A stretch of DNA of 46,574 bases from Octopus bimaculoides (GCF_001194135.2 NC_068999.1:39063309-39109882), one strand, 5' to 3'. Positions 13,183 to 24,610 are shown, numbered from the stretch's first letter. Notes: generated by a model from the letters alone, not told the origin. Numbers and translations are program-made.

Positions 13183-14520
13183 TTTCTCTTTATTATAGGC
13201 ACAAAGGCCTCATTTACAAAGAAGGGGGACATTACAAGGACAGACAACACAAAACGTGGGGTACATAGATCGAATTAGATGAAATGAGTAAATTACAATA
13301 TGATGATGGAATGGCTTACGAGTCCTCCAAAGCTCGCAGCTTCATTTCACAGTTTTCTTATACAGTTCTTATTCATTTTACTTTTTCTTTTTATGATTCT
13401 TTCGTTGTTATGTATGGTTTCAGCTCCTCCACCGTTACGACGCTTGGCAAAGTGTTGTAGCCCACATATAACCCACTTAGTTGGAAATTAAATCTGTTCA
13501 TTTCTCGCAGCTTCTTCGCTATCCATTCCTTCACCACTATTGCTTTTGTTTCATCATGAAACGTTCCGGGTTCTAATTTCAGTCGTACGAATCCTTTTAT
13601 TTTAGCTATCGTTTTTTTCCGTTTCTACACCCTTATTGTAGAAAAGTATTGTTCTAATATTTTTAAAATCTACCTTTCCGATTATCCTTCCTTCTGCATT
13701 CGCCTTTTCCTTCTGTTGCATCATCACATTCCACCAGTTTAGCCACCTCTCCTGTATTGTCAACTGTTTTTCCTGCTTCGTATCTTGGGTTTCAATCTTA
13801 GTTACGTTCTGTTCCTCGCTATCATTTCCATCTGCCATCATCTTTTTTTTCTTTCCCCTTTTCTTTCTTTTTGGGGACTTTGGCGGCGATTCAGTCCGCA
13901 TACGCTTTTTTTCTCCATGCTCCTCAGTCTCTTCCTGCTTTTCTTCTTCCTCTTCCTGTTCGGTCAGTACCATTTCCTCCTCACAGACCTCTGTTTCTTC
14001 TATTTTATCTTCTACGATTATTTCTCTGCGAGGACACACCGCTTGCATGTGATCTCTACTTCTGCATTTGTAGCATACTGGTTGCCTTCCCTCCACNNNN
14101 NNNNNNNNNNNNNNNNNNNNNNNNNNNNNNNNNNNNNNNNNNNNNNNNNNNNNNNNNNNNNNNNNNNNNNNNNNNNNNNNNNNNNNNNNNNNNNNNNNNN
14201 NNNNNNNNNNNNNNNNNNNNNNNNNNNNNNNNNNNNNNNNNNNNNNNNNNNNNNNNNNNNNNNNNNNNNNNNNNNNNNNNNNNNNNNNNNNNNNNNNNNN
14301 NNNNNNNNNNNNNNNNNNNNNNNNNNNNNNNNNNNNNNNNNNNNNNNNGGCCAATCTTATCTAGAACCCCCCAATTTAAGGCTAATATTAGCAAGTGCTT
14401 ATTATGCATTAGGGAATCCCTTTCCATTCTTAGGTCTTTTGGGCCGAAAACCTTGAATAAGTTTATCGAGGTAATCCCTTTTTGCAATCATAAATTTTCC
14501 TCCACCTTCCTAAAACTATA
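13183..14520 (-). mobile_element. ORF1/gag-like non-LTR retroelement relic with a CCHC zinc knuckle and no visible ORF2
   Basis: VEGRQPV-CYKCRSRDHMQAVC (CX2CX4HX4C at 14034-14075), then acidic and basic tracts; 3' end AATAAAGAGAAAT at about 13183; N-gap at 14097-14348. Confidence 0.7.
13391..14096 (-). pseudogene. Zinc-knuckle ORF1-like protein, C-terminal part, one frameshift in an A7 run at 13612-13618
   Basis: Removing one A joins ...ETEK to an open 73-codon frame TIAKIKGFVRLKLEPG...KPYITTKES* ending at 13391. Confidence 0.7.
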
Positions 14521-14848
14521 TAAAAATGGAAATAAGAACAAAAATAATCGTATTAGTGGTAATAATAGTAGTAATGGTGATAGTAATGGTAATGATAGAA
14601 ATAAAAATTAAAATAAAAAGACAAAAATACTGATATAAAAATAATAATAAAAATATGGATACAATGGTAGTATTTATTTTTTATCATGACTTACGTTGGA
14701 TTTGAAACCTAATAGTTTCAGTTACCAAACCTGCTTGACTATTCTAAAAGGTATACTAAAAATTAGATTTTTTTGTTTTTGGTTTATGGTTTAGTCCATA
14801 TTATTATTTATTTAAGCTTGCTCTCATAATTATAAAATCTTATTTGAC

Positions 14849-15246
14849 TGGTGACTTCGTTGATGTCTGTGTGTCTTTTTTACCCTGAAGAAGGGGTTAT
14901 CACTAATTAGTGCTCTATTGTGCCCTAAATACGGTGATATATACCCTCGAGATGGCCATAGGTGTTCTGTGTTTGTATTCCACCTATACTTGTAATCCAC
15001 TGTAAATGATGCTTATGGTTTGACTTTACTAATGTTACCTGCGGAATGGTGAAATATGGATTTTACTTTGCCACACATTGGATGTTCTGTTGTTGTTTTG
15101 TCCCGTACACTTCGGTATTCCTGTTTATGAAATTGGATTTTACCTACTAAATTTGCTGTCATGAAGGAGGTAGTTGAACTTTCGTATTATTTATCTTGAA
15201 CGTCTTTTATTGGCTATTGGCTTCAGCGAATGAACTGTTTTGCTAC
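14849..15246 (+). repeat. Right arm of long inverted repeat (runs into N-gap)
   Basis: Mirror of 12789-13182. Confidence 0.92.
14881..14964 (+). ncRNA. Type I hammerhead ribozyme motif (GAAA changed to GAGA in this copy; AUA triplet)
   Basis: TACC-CTGAAGA-A-GGGGTTATCAC...GGTGATATATACCCTC-GAGA-TGGCCA-TA-GGTG. Confidence 0.7.
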
Positions 15247-18219
15247 NNNNNNNNNNNNNNNNNNNNNNNNNNNNNNNNNNNNNNNNNNNNNNNNNNNNNN
15301 NNNNNNNNNNNNNNNNNNNNNNNNNNNNNNNNNNNNNNNNNNNNNNNNNNNNNNNNNNNNNNNNNNNNNNNNNNNNNNNNNNNNNNNNNNNNNNNNNNNN
15401 NNNNNNNNNNNNNNNNNNNNNNNNNNNNNNNNNNNNNNNNNNNNNNNNNNNNNNNNNNNNNNNNNNNNNNNNNNNNNNNNNNNNNNNNNNNNNNNNNNNN
15501 NNNNNNNNNNNNNNNNNNNNNNNNNNNNNNNNNNNNNNNNNNNNNNNNNNNNNNNNNNNNNNNNNNNNNNNNNNNNNNNNNNNNNNNNNNNNNNNNNNNN
15601 NNNNNNNNNNNNNNNNNNNNNNNNNNNNNNNNNNNNNNNNNNNNNNNNNNNNNNNNNNNNNNNNNNNNNNNNNNNNNNNNNNNNNNNNNNNNNNNNNNNN
15701 NNNNNNNNNNNNNNNNNNNNNNNNNNNNNNNNNNNNNNNNNNNNNNNNNNNNNNNNNNNNNNNNNNNNNNNNNNNNNNNNNNNNNNNNNNNNNNNNNNNN
15801 NNNNNNNNNNNNNNNNNNNNNNNNNNNNNNNNNNNNNNNNNNNNNNNNNNNNNNNNNNNNNNNNNNNNNNNNNNNNNNNNNNNNNNNNNNNNNNNNNNNN
15901 NNNNNNNNNNNNNNATATATATACATACACAAATACATTGGGTTCGAAAACTATTTGGGATGGAAAAAGTGCACGAGGCGCCTACAAGAGACATGGGTTC
16001 GTGTCCCATACGCAGTCTTCGAATAATTCCTTTCCGAAAATATTTTTTTCAACCGAATAATAATGTTTTTATGTCATTCGAGATTCATTTTTCCCAGACT
16101 TATTTCGCATTCCCTCGAAATGTTTCTAATTTTTATGCATTGAATTAAGCAATGTACATGTGTGTGTCTGTGTGTGAGAGTATGTGTGTGTGTGTGTGTG
16201 TAGGAAAAATGGTTTAGGATGTCCATATAAATAACGTTATGTAGGAAGAATACAGAGAAAAGGTAGAAAATATGTCACGTACATTAAAAATGTGTATGTT
16301 TATTATCAGAACTCGACCTTACATCTAGACTTACATAGTCACCGTTGAACAAAAGGCAATTATTCTGCCACACAATATACAACACACATATACACACATA
16401 CACACTCTATCACACGGACACATACGTAGGCACACACGCACACAAAGAATCTCACACACATACACGCACTTTCTCTCTCTCACACACACACACACTAACA
16501 CACGCACGCACCGAAAAACGCCAATGGTTTCTCAACATCACATTAGTGGATAAATATTCTTTATTCGTGAGGTAACCGGGATATCATTGGTTTCATATTG
16601 ACAGAGCTATCTCTGAGTAATTATTCAAGCCTGCACCTTGGGACGTTGGTGTTTATATTCTATGGCATTCAATATACTAAAAACACAATACTTACTCGCT
16701 AACTGTCTTAAACGTTCTCTGTCTATCTCTGTCTGTGTGTGTCTGTCTGTAAGTCTTTCTTTTTCGCTCTCTCTCACACTCACCCTGTATCTTTTCTAGT
16801 TACTTCTACATATTTTTCTCACCTTATTTATTTTTCTTTCATGTGTTTTAGCTTTATCAATTTTTATATAATTATTAATTAATTATTCAGTTAAATGATA
16901 TTATACACTGATATAGACGCACACATACACCTATTGACACAGACATACACTAGCACGCCAACACATATGCACACACTCACTCACATGTACACACACAAAC
17001 GCACATATAATCAAAATTTTGATTTTCACATTAATAAAAATAAATTTTCGAAAAATAATCTGTGATGCAATGATTTTTATGTTATAAATTCTGAAAAAAA
17101 AATGTGAAAAACAAACTAAGAATAAATATTTAAAATCTGTAAAAAGCTGGCTATTATGTTATCAGACCAGTGAACTAGAACAACAAAAAAATTTAAATAA
17201 TTGTTTGTTTATTGCTGTTTTTTTTTTTTTTTGTTCCTTTCCATTTTTTCTGTAGTGGCTTATTAAAATAGCATATTCATTCTTAAAATATAAATGAAAT
17301 GCAAAATAGTAAAGAATATGAAAGAATAAAACGTAAATAATTAGCAGATATTTTTTTTAAAAAGGCTATAGAGAAGAAATTATATGAACTGTGAAATTGA
17401 TGAATATTCTTAATTTTAATCTATTAGTTTCACAAAATCTTCTGTTGTTTGAAATAGAAGCTCTAATTTCTTTTTAAAAAAGAAAAACTTAATTTCTTTC
17501 TTTAATAGTACAGAATTGTTATACGTTGTTTGAAGTTAACAATCTGATCGGTTCAAAACCACAAAAGTGCTGTTTTGGCTGAGTGGCAAATCTAACATCT
17601 CATTTAGATACCGTCTTCCTACCATCATCCTGATGGTAATGTTATGTTCTTTCCGCTGAATCCTTGTTAAAGTATTTGAACGAGATTACTCGAGTTCTTT
17701 GTCATTCTTCACCTTCATTTAGTCTCTACTGTAAAGGACTGTGTATTCTGTCGATGACAGTCATACAAGATTTCGCATATATTAAGAATACACTAACGAA
17801 ATGCGGTTGTTTTAATCATGTCACTAATGTTGCTGGTTGGAATTCCCTAAACTTATAAGAGATAACACACATTTTCTAATGCACGTCATTTGTACAAAAA
17901 TGTATTGATTGATTAAATATTTAATCACGCTACAGATTAATGTACGGTATGTAAATTGGTTTAACCGACTCAAATAAGTAGTACGTTGTTTGTGATTTAA
18001 ATAGCTTTGTTTATAAAGCATTGTTTCGTAGAAAGGAAGGTTTAAAGTGGATCACAAGAGTCACGTTATTTTACTTGTGTGAAACATCGCTGATTTTATT
18101 TCCAAATGTAATTTCCAATACATTTTAGTCTGTTCATGCCTTATATCTCATTCTGTATTTTACATATAAATGTTGTACTGGAATTTCCCGTAAAAAATTA
18201 TTCGTTATTTATTAGTTAG

Positions 18220-18720
18220 GTGTTCGTGGACAAGCCATTACCTGAAAGCATCGTTCTGTCAGCACTCGGCCCCGACCTGGTTTTGGTAGATGAGAGTCAG
18301 AGACGTGTGGTTCTTAGGGAGCTTACTGTGCCATGAGCGGAAGCTGTTTGGCTATGAAGAGCTGATACTGAGATTCGGGAGAAGGGTTGCATCTATGAGC
18401 TGGTTGCATTTGAGGTCGGCTGCTGGGGTTTCCCAGCACCTTTTCTCAATAGGTTTCTGAAAGTGGCTGGTGTGTCTGCTGTGAGGAAGACCAAGGAATG
18501 TGGGGAGAAAGCAGTTGAGGGTACTGCTTGGATTACCAGGAGGATTATGAGTGCGGATAAGGCCACAAAACTGTCATGAGTCCGGTTGCAACACAATATG
18601 TCCAGCTGTTGCAGGCCCACTTTGTGGAGAGATACTGAGCTTAATGGGTCGAAATCTTGTCGAAACACGGCGTTCAGCTGAGGATTGCAGCCGGACAAGA
18701 ATTGGAGAACTGTGTTTTCT
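18220..18720 (+). mobile_element. 3' fragment of an R2-superfamily (HERO-like) non-LTR retrotransposon: restriction-like endonuclease relic plus 3' UTR
   Basis: VFVDKPLPESIVLSALGPDLVLVDESQRRVVLRELTVP* (cf. RPDxV...ELTVPWE), frameshifted into EIREKG..FEVGCWGF..AWITRR..* with stop at 18577-18579. Confidence 0.8.
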
Positions 18721-18741
18721 TGTACACACACACATATACAC

Positions 18742-18906
18742 ACGACGGGCTTCTTTCAGTTTCTGTCTACCAAATGCACTCACAGGGTATTGGTGGTCGG
18801 TCCGAGGTAATATTTCGTGACACTTGCCCGGGGTGCCACGCACATTGACTGAAGCCCGAACCATGTAGTTGGAAAGCAAGCTTCTTACCACACAGCCACG
18901 TTTGCG
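18742..18906 (-). mobile_element. SINE family B (tRNA head, CORE-like segment)
   Basis: Reverse complement: GTGGCTGTGTGGTAAGAAGCTTGC..GTGGCACCCCGGGCAAGTG..GGTAGACAGAAACTGAAAGAAGCCCGTCGT. Confidence 0.88.
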
Positions 18907-18943
<37 letters not shown>

Positions 18944-20029
18944 AGGACTGTACAAATCATGGACGAGTAGTACAATCACTGGCAAATCTTATCCAACATT
19001 TTACAGACGCTGTTGCCAGCAATACACGCGCTGAAATTTAAAACTTTAAATTCAATAATTGTTTGCACAAAAGTGTTAAGACTGTCACGTAAGAAGGCAA
19101 CTAAGCCTGTAAACAGCAATTGCAAGGTCTCCGGCCTCGTAAAGTAGCAGATTACCGTCTCCTACACAGATATTTAAATAAAGACACGCATACACACATG
19201 CTTATGAAAACGTATTCACACCGTTGTCACTACAAATGCTGAGTCGAATCTTTTACGCCCTCTGGAGACATTTTAAAATTATATCATCAAGAGTTTTTTT
19301 CCCTTGTAACATCTATAAGACTGAGAGTGACTTCACATGAGATTATCAAAGCGTCGACTATTCTGAGGACAAGATTAAGATAGAGAGTTCATGAATGATA
19401 GGGTGGCAGAGATTAGGAGGAAGAACCGACTCCAGCAGTAAAGGGATACTTTATTTATTTTGTAACGATGAAGGCCAAAGCTGGCCTTAGCCCATTAAGT
19501 CCCACTGTCCCATAAATATGACACTAAATGAAAACCTTATATAAACTATATCACATTGTCTCAGTGTCCTATTTATAGGACACCGAGTATTTCCATTTTT
19601 ACTTGAGGCAAAGGAGTTTTAATAATTATTTTTGTCTCCTTTTAACCTATTTTCAATCATCTGTAAAAGTTTAAAAGTAATATTCAGAAATTTAAGTAAT
19701 GTGGGACTTAATGGGTTACCCGTTATTTTAACTCACAGCGCAAAGAACTACACGAAATTCAATGTTACGTCCGATAAGATTAATAAACACATATTTCATG
19801 AGTATCGCTTTGGTAATTGTCACCTTGTTCTCACATCCATCATCACCAACATCATAATAATCGTCCTCATGAACGCCATATAATCTTTATTATTACTGCC
19901 GGTGTTACTGGAGGCTTTATTCACGCAGTCGTTGGTAATAAAATCTATAATGAATACTCTGCTATTGATTGCTAAAGTACGCGCTTAAAAATGCCATGAG
20001 TTAACGGTGAGAATATATAATTAGTCAGT

Positions 20030-20192
20030 TTTGCTAAATGCTTAGCGGCATTTCGTCCATATCTACGCTCTAAATTTAAATTCTGCCAAGGTCGACTTTA
20101 TCGGGTTCGATAACAAATATAGCAGTTAAGCACTGGGGTCCATTTAATCACCCCGAAATTGCTGGGCTTGTGCAAAATTTTGAAGCCAATAT
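20030..20192 (+). mobile_element. SINE family A, degenerate
   Basis: AAATGCTTAGCGGCATTTCGTCC..GGTCGACTTT..CCCGAAATTGCTGG tail. Confidence 0.8.
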
Positions 20193-20514
20193 ACAGGAGG
20201 CGAATCGTTTAACTGCATAGCGTTATCACTCCAGTACTTCCTCTCTATTCTGAGTTGTTGTCATTCTTCTTTGCATCTCCCCTCCCTCGCGTGTGTTATC
20301 TCTTAGCATATCATTTTGTTCTCGACAATTGCCTTCTATATATTACTATTTTTTACATGTCTGCTTGTCTCGCACGATACTTAATCCTATGTCTTCCTTT
20401 ATAAATTTTTATTGCTACTCAACTCCTCTCCGTAAATATTTTGTTCGCTCTCTCTTTCAATATTTGTAGCTCATCCTTAGCTTTCCTCGGTATATATGTC
20501 CTCCTCCTACTACC

Positions 20515-20590
20515 AGTAATAGTAGTACTAATAGTAGTACTAATAGTAGTACTAATAGTAGTACTAATAGTAGTACTAATAGTAGTAGTA
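20515..20590. repeat. 12-bp tandem repeat (AGTAGTACTAAT), about 5-6 copies, grading into (AGT)n
   Basis: Direct. Confidence 0.9.
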
Positions 20591-21989
20591 GTGGTGGTGA
20601 TAGCAGCAGTCGGTTTTATCACAGGTCAACATAAACCAAACTTACCAAAATAATCAACAAAAGCATTTCCAAAGTCACCAGATTGCTGCAATTTTTCTTT
20701 TGTTTCTCTAAGACAGTCTGCTGTCTTGAGGGCGATTTGGTTGATAATTCTATCAAGTCTAACGATCACATAAAGATTCTGTTACAGCACCGTTGCTGTT
20801 GTTGTCGCTGTTGGCGTGTCTGCTGCTGTTGCCGATATATTCCTGCAAGTGTGTTGGTTAGACTAATCAAGTCTTCCGTTTTAATCGGATAACTGAGCAA
20901 ATGTAAAAGGTGTCATCGTAGAATGTTTGAGGGTGAACTGGCATGTAACATGCAATTGCCTGATACTGAACACAATAGAGTGTATAAGTAGAGGGGAAAA
21001 GGGAGAGAGAGAGGTGAAGATGACAGAAATGAAAGACAGAGAAAGTAAGGAGAGAAACTGAATGTGAAAGAAAGGTAAAAATAGGAGTTTCAAAGAAAAA
21101 GAGAGAAAAAAGCTCGAAGAAAATGAAATAGAAAAAAAAATAAATAAATAACGGTGAGGCGAGAGGAAAAGGGAAAAATGGAGATATAAACAGAATTAAA
21201 AAGGAAGAACTATAGAAAAAGGAAAATGTAAACGACAGAAAAATAGATTGGATTTTGGCATGCGATTACCTATTTTTAAACCTAAAAAAAAAACGACACA
21301 AACGAAATGAAAAAAAAGGGGAAAACGGTGAAGTTGATGCAGGTCATTTTATCAAGAGTGACTTATACGAGGCTTTGATAATTGCTTTCCGATTAAATGT
21401 GATGGCGACAGCTTTTACAATATGCAATCTAACAAATGCTCTAAAATACGTGAAATACCGTTGTTGTGGTGGTGGGATTGAGGGCTGCGGTGGGAAGGAG
21501 AACCGTGGTGGATGCGATTTTGAAAGAGAATGAGATGAAGTATGATGATGTTTCTGTAAATTTTTGTAATGACGGTTTTTCACACTGAAAAACGTAATTT
21601 CTGGAGATTATTAGTATCTAATATATGTTTATACTTTTGTTCTGTCATTAGTAATTTATTTATTAACCTGAAACCTGAAGATTCAGTTAAGTCAACCTTT
21701 TCTCGATTAATTCTACCGTGTAAACTGATAAACGTTATCATATGTATCCCTACTATTGTTACACACACACACACACGCAAGGCTGCCTTGGAGGTGTATA
21801 GCAAACTAGTTTGTTATATCACATGTTTTCGTACTTATAATGAATGGCCGAATAAAGGTTCAATAGAGAAGCAAGGGTACAGAGACTTAATATGCCGGAA
21901 TTTATGTTATATTAATCTAATCAAAAATATACACGCAGTGAGGATAAGTAAACATTACTGAAATCTACTCAAGGAAACTATTTAATTAT

Positions 21990-22620
21990 AGTATCAGAAG
22001 TGACAATTGAAGATTAAATAAAATGCCTTTATTACCGTCTGCAGTTGGCATATCAGATTTTCAGACAAAACCATCTCTATAATTGCAGATGTGATTCATT
22101 ATCAGATTCCTTATAAGAAAACAATTCTAGAAGTTAACTGATTTTCGTTCAAGTGTTGTCATTACTTGATCGTTGGCCTTTAACTTTGTGGTGCCTTTAT
22201 GGCGCTTATTGAAGTTATCAGAAACCTCGTATAACCACTATAGATACCTCTGGCCATTCACAGAGATAGTTATGATAAATGGTTCCTGAGAATCCCCTAG
22301 GGATTCTAATGGGAACACGTCCTCCCACTTTAGAATGCAAGTTGTCTGAAAAGATTGTCGAGCAACTCTAGATAATCGTCTTTCTATCTTACAGTTTATC
22401 TTCACTCAATTAATAATCATTGATTAATTTAACCTCCGCCTCAACTGCTGTTCGATCTTTCAGTATAGAAATCACACTGACATGATTTTCCGTATTGGTT
22501 TTAGTACTGAGCGTCTTATTATCGCTTCTGTAAATTCTTTTGCCTAAAAATCAGTTGTCGTAACGCGTGGTTGCCTTCCAGAACTTTGAAAATGGATCGA
22601 CAAATCAAACAACTTATTCA
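21990..22620 (-). mobile_element. Degraded Maverick/Polinton-like relic: major-capsid-like N-terminus plus a possible upstream small ORF
   Basis: Hand translation: LELLDN/FQTTCILKWEDVFPLESLGDSQEPFIITISVNGQRYL*WLY..KGTTKLKANDQV; LLELFSYKESDNESHLQL; DMPTADGNKGI. Spacing resembles F54H12.2-like Polinton capsid proteins as recalled from memory; several stops and frameshifts. Confidence 0.5.
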
Positions 22621-24294
22621 TTAAAGTAAAAAATAGTTAACGCTGTGAGGTTTTTATATTCATTAGAATGGATAATATCCTCTAGGGGGAGGTGCAGGAT
22701 ACAAATAATTTGGTCGTGTGGATCAAATAAGCCACAGATGCCGGGAATCGCTTAGAATTACTTTCACAATTTAGCATTCATAATTTTATATATTGTGTAA
22801 GTCGTTTATTTTGTTATCCTGGAACACATCGTCAAATGTTTAGCCATATTATTTATACTTGCATTTATATCCAGTTACGTTCTGAAACGTAGTTAAATGC
22901 TGTTGTCGTTGTTGCTGCTTCGTCTAAATAGCAACCTTCACCTATCTGTTCTAGGTTGCAGCCATTGTCAATCCACGATTTTGCATTGTTAGGAATTCAT
23001 TGATCCTTATTATCTATACATTTTCAAAAAGAAAGGTTGGCATTTGATGGAAATTTCACAGCTATTTCTAGGTTTTTACGTATTTAAGAAACTACGTTAA
23101 GGTCCATATTTCCTTTCTTGAATTGGTTTAATTCATAGGTACCGATTAAAAGATTAATGGAAAGATGACGTTTACCTGTAATATCCGTCTTCTAAGAGGG
23201 GCAGGTTCCGCACCAAGAGCTCTTTTAGACACATTAAGTTTGTGTCAGATGTTTTACTGACGTTCACAAGGTGAGGTGTAGGGAATAATGTGCGATATGT
23301 AATTTAATACCATAAACGAATATGAAGTAAAAGTACGTATTTATGCATCTTGAAAAAACATTATTCTATTCATTTTCGACTTATTTCAATTTAGTAATTT
23401 ACATTTTTTCATAAATTACATTTTGCATTCATTTTTTTTTCCTTCATTATATTAAAAATTCTTGAAATTTCATAATTTACATTACTGGGTTTTTATTTGA
23501 CAAAGAAAATAAGCGGCAAATTCTATCATTTATGTTTCAATAATAAACTATTTTAGCTTATTTTGATAATTATCTCCGAATGATAATTTTCTGTAATAAA
23601 TTTAATTAAATCTGTTCATAAAAAAATTATATAATTATCAGTATTTAAATCTAAATAATTAGATACATTGAATCGTTTTGATTATAAATATAATAATCTT
23701 TAAAATATTTTCGTTATGAGACAGAAACCAACTGAAAAATATTCTGCTTCATATAGCCGTGCGTTGGCAAAATTCTTAAAAATGCACATCATAGACTTAA
23801 GACTAAGTACAAACATTTTTCTTGGAGAAAAAGCATTGTGAATTTTATAAATATAATCTGGGATTACAAGTGCATGTTACAGGCACGGCACCATTCTAGA
23901 TAATGAAGATCTCGAACCTCTTATAACACGCACTAATATACGGAAATGAACTTTAAATTCCAGCGCCTACCTTGCTGGTCTGTTCGGCGGCTCTGTTTAA
24001 CAATTCTTTCCACAGTATTAATAAAACTATATCATTAATACCAATGTACAATTCTCCGTATTTCATTCATGTATTTAAGAAACGTAACATTTATTTAATT
24101 TAGAGATGACCAAACTTGTTTCGGAAAAAATGAATTCGAAAAAGATTTTGGACACAAGATTGCGGTAACTCAGTGCTGTATGAATACTCCTCTGATATAT
24201 TCATGTATAAGATGTAACTTCAGCAATGTTTACTAATGTCGGTGCTTTTCGAAAAATAAACCTTCAAAGAAAACCATTCCACAAACCTGGAATA

Positions 24295-24610
24295 GGACTG
24301 TGTGGTTACGAAGCTTGCTTTGCAACCACGCGGGACCAGTCTCACTGTATGGCACTTTGTGCAGGTGTCTACTACTATATTCCAAGCTGGCCAATGTCAT
24401 GTGAATGAATTTGGTAGACGGAAACTGCGTCGAAGCCCGTCGTATACAAATTTATGTGTGTTTGCTTGTGTGTGTGTGTATTTGTGACTATGCGTGCGTG
24501 TGTATGTTTATCTCCACAGCCACCTCTTGATAGACGGTGTTGGTTTGTTTACGTCCCCTTAACATAGTGGCTCGGCAAAAGTGACTGATTTTTACGTAGC
24601 AGACTTAATG
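24295..24610 (+). mobile_element. SINE family B with (TG)n spacer and 3' module
   Basis: GACTGTGTGGTTACGAAGCTTGC..GGCACTTTGTGCAGGTG..GGTAGACGGAAACTG..GAAGCCCGTCGTAT, then TTTACGTCCCC..GGCAAAAG. Confidence 0.8.

Noticed and set aside
12789-15246. Classical DNA transposon (MITE/foldback) or autonomous DIRS interpretation
   Set aside because: No transposase, RT or tyrosine recombinase is visible, and the arms carry HHR motifs typical of PLE/retrozyme repeats; not fully excluded because of the gaps.
18650-18705. GAAAC...CTGAGGA in the HERO-like 3' UTR as a type II hammerhead
   Set aside because: No room for a stem I hairpin, and stem II does not abut the core; better explained as an ordinary nested hairpin.
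20515-20590. CRISPR-like or coding repeat (TTIS/VVLI ORFs)
   Set aside because: Simple 12-bp minisatellite without spacers, in a eukaryotic context.
22450-22620. Retroviral-type integrase (FVDPFSKF)
   Set aside because: Single short motif with no D,D35E spacing downstream; the Polinton small-ORF reading fits the context better, and both are weak.
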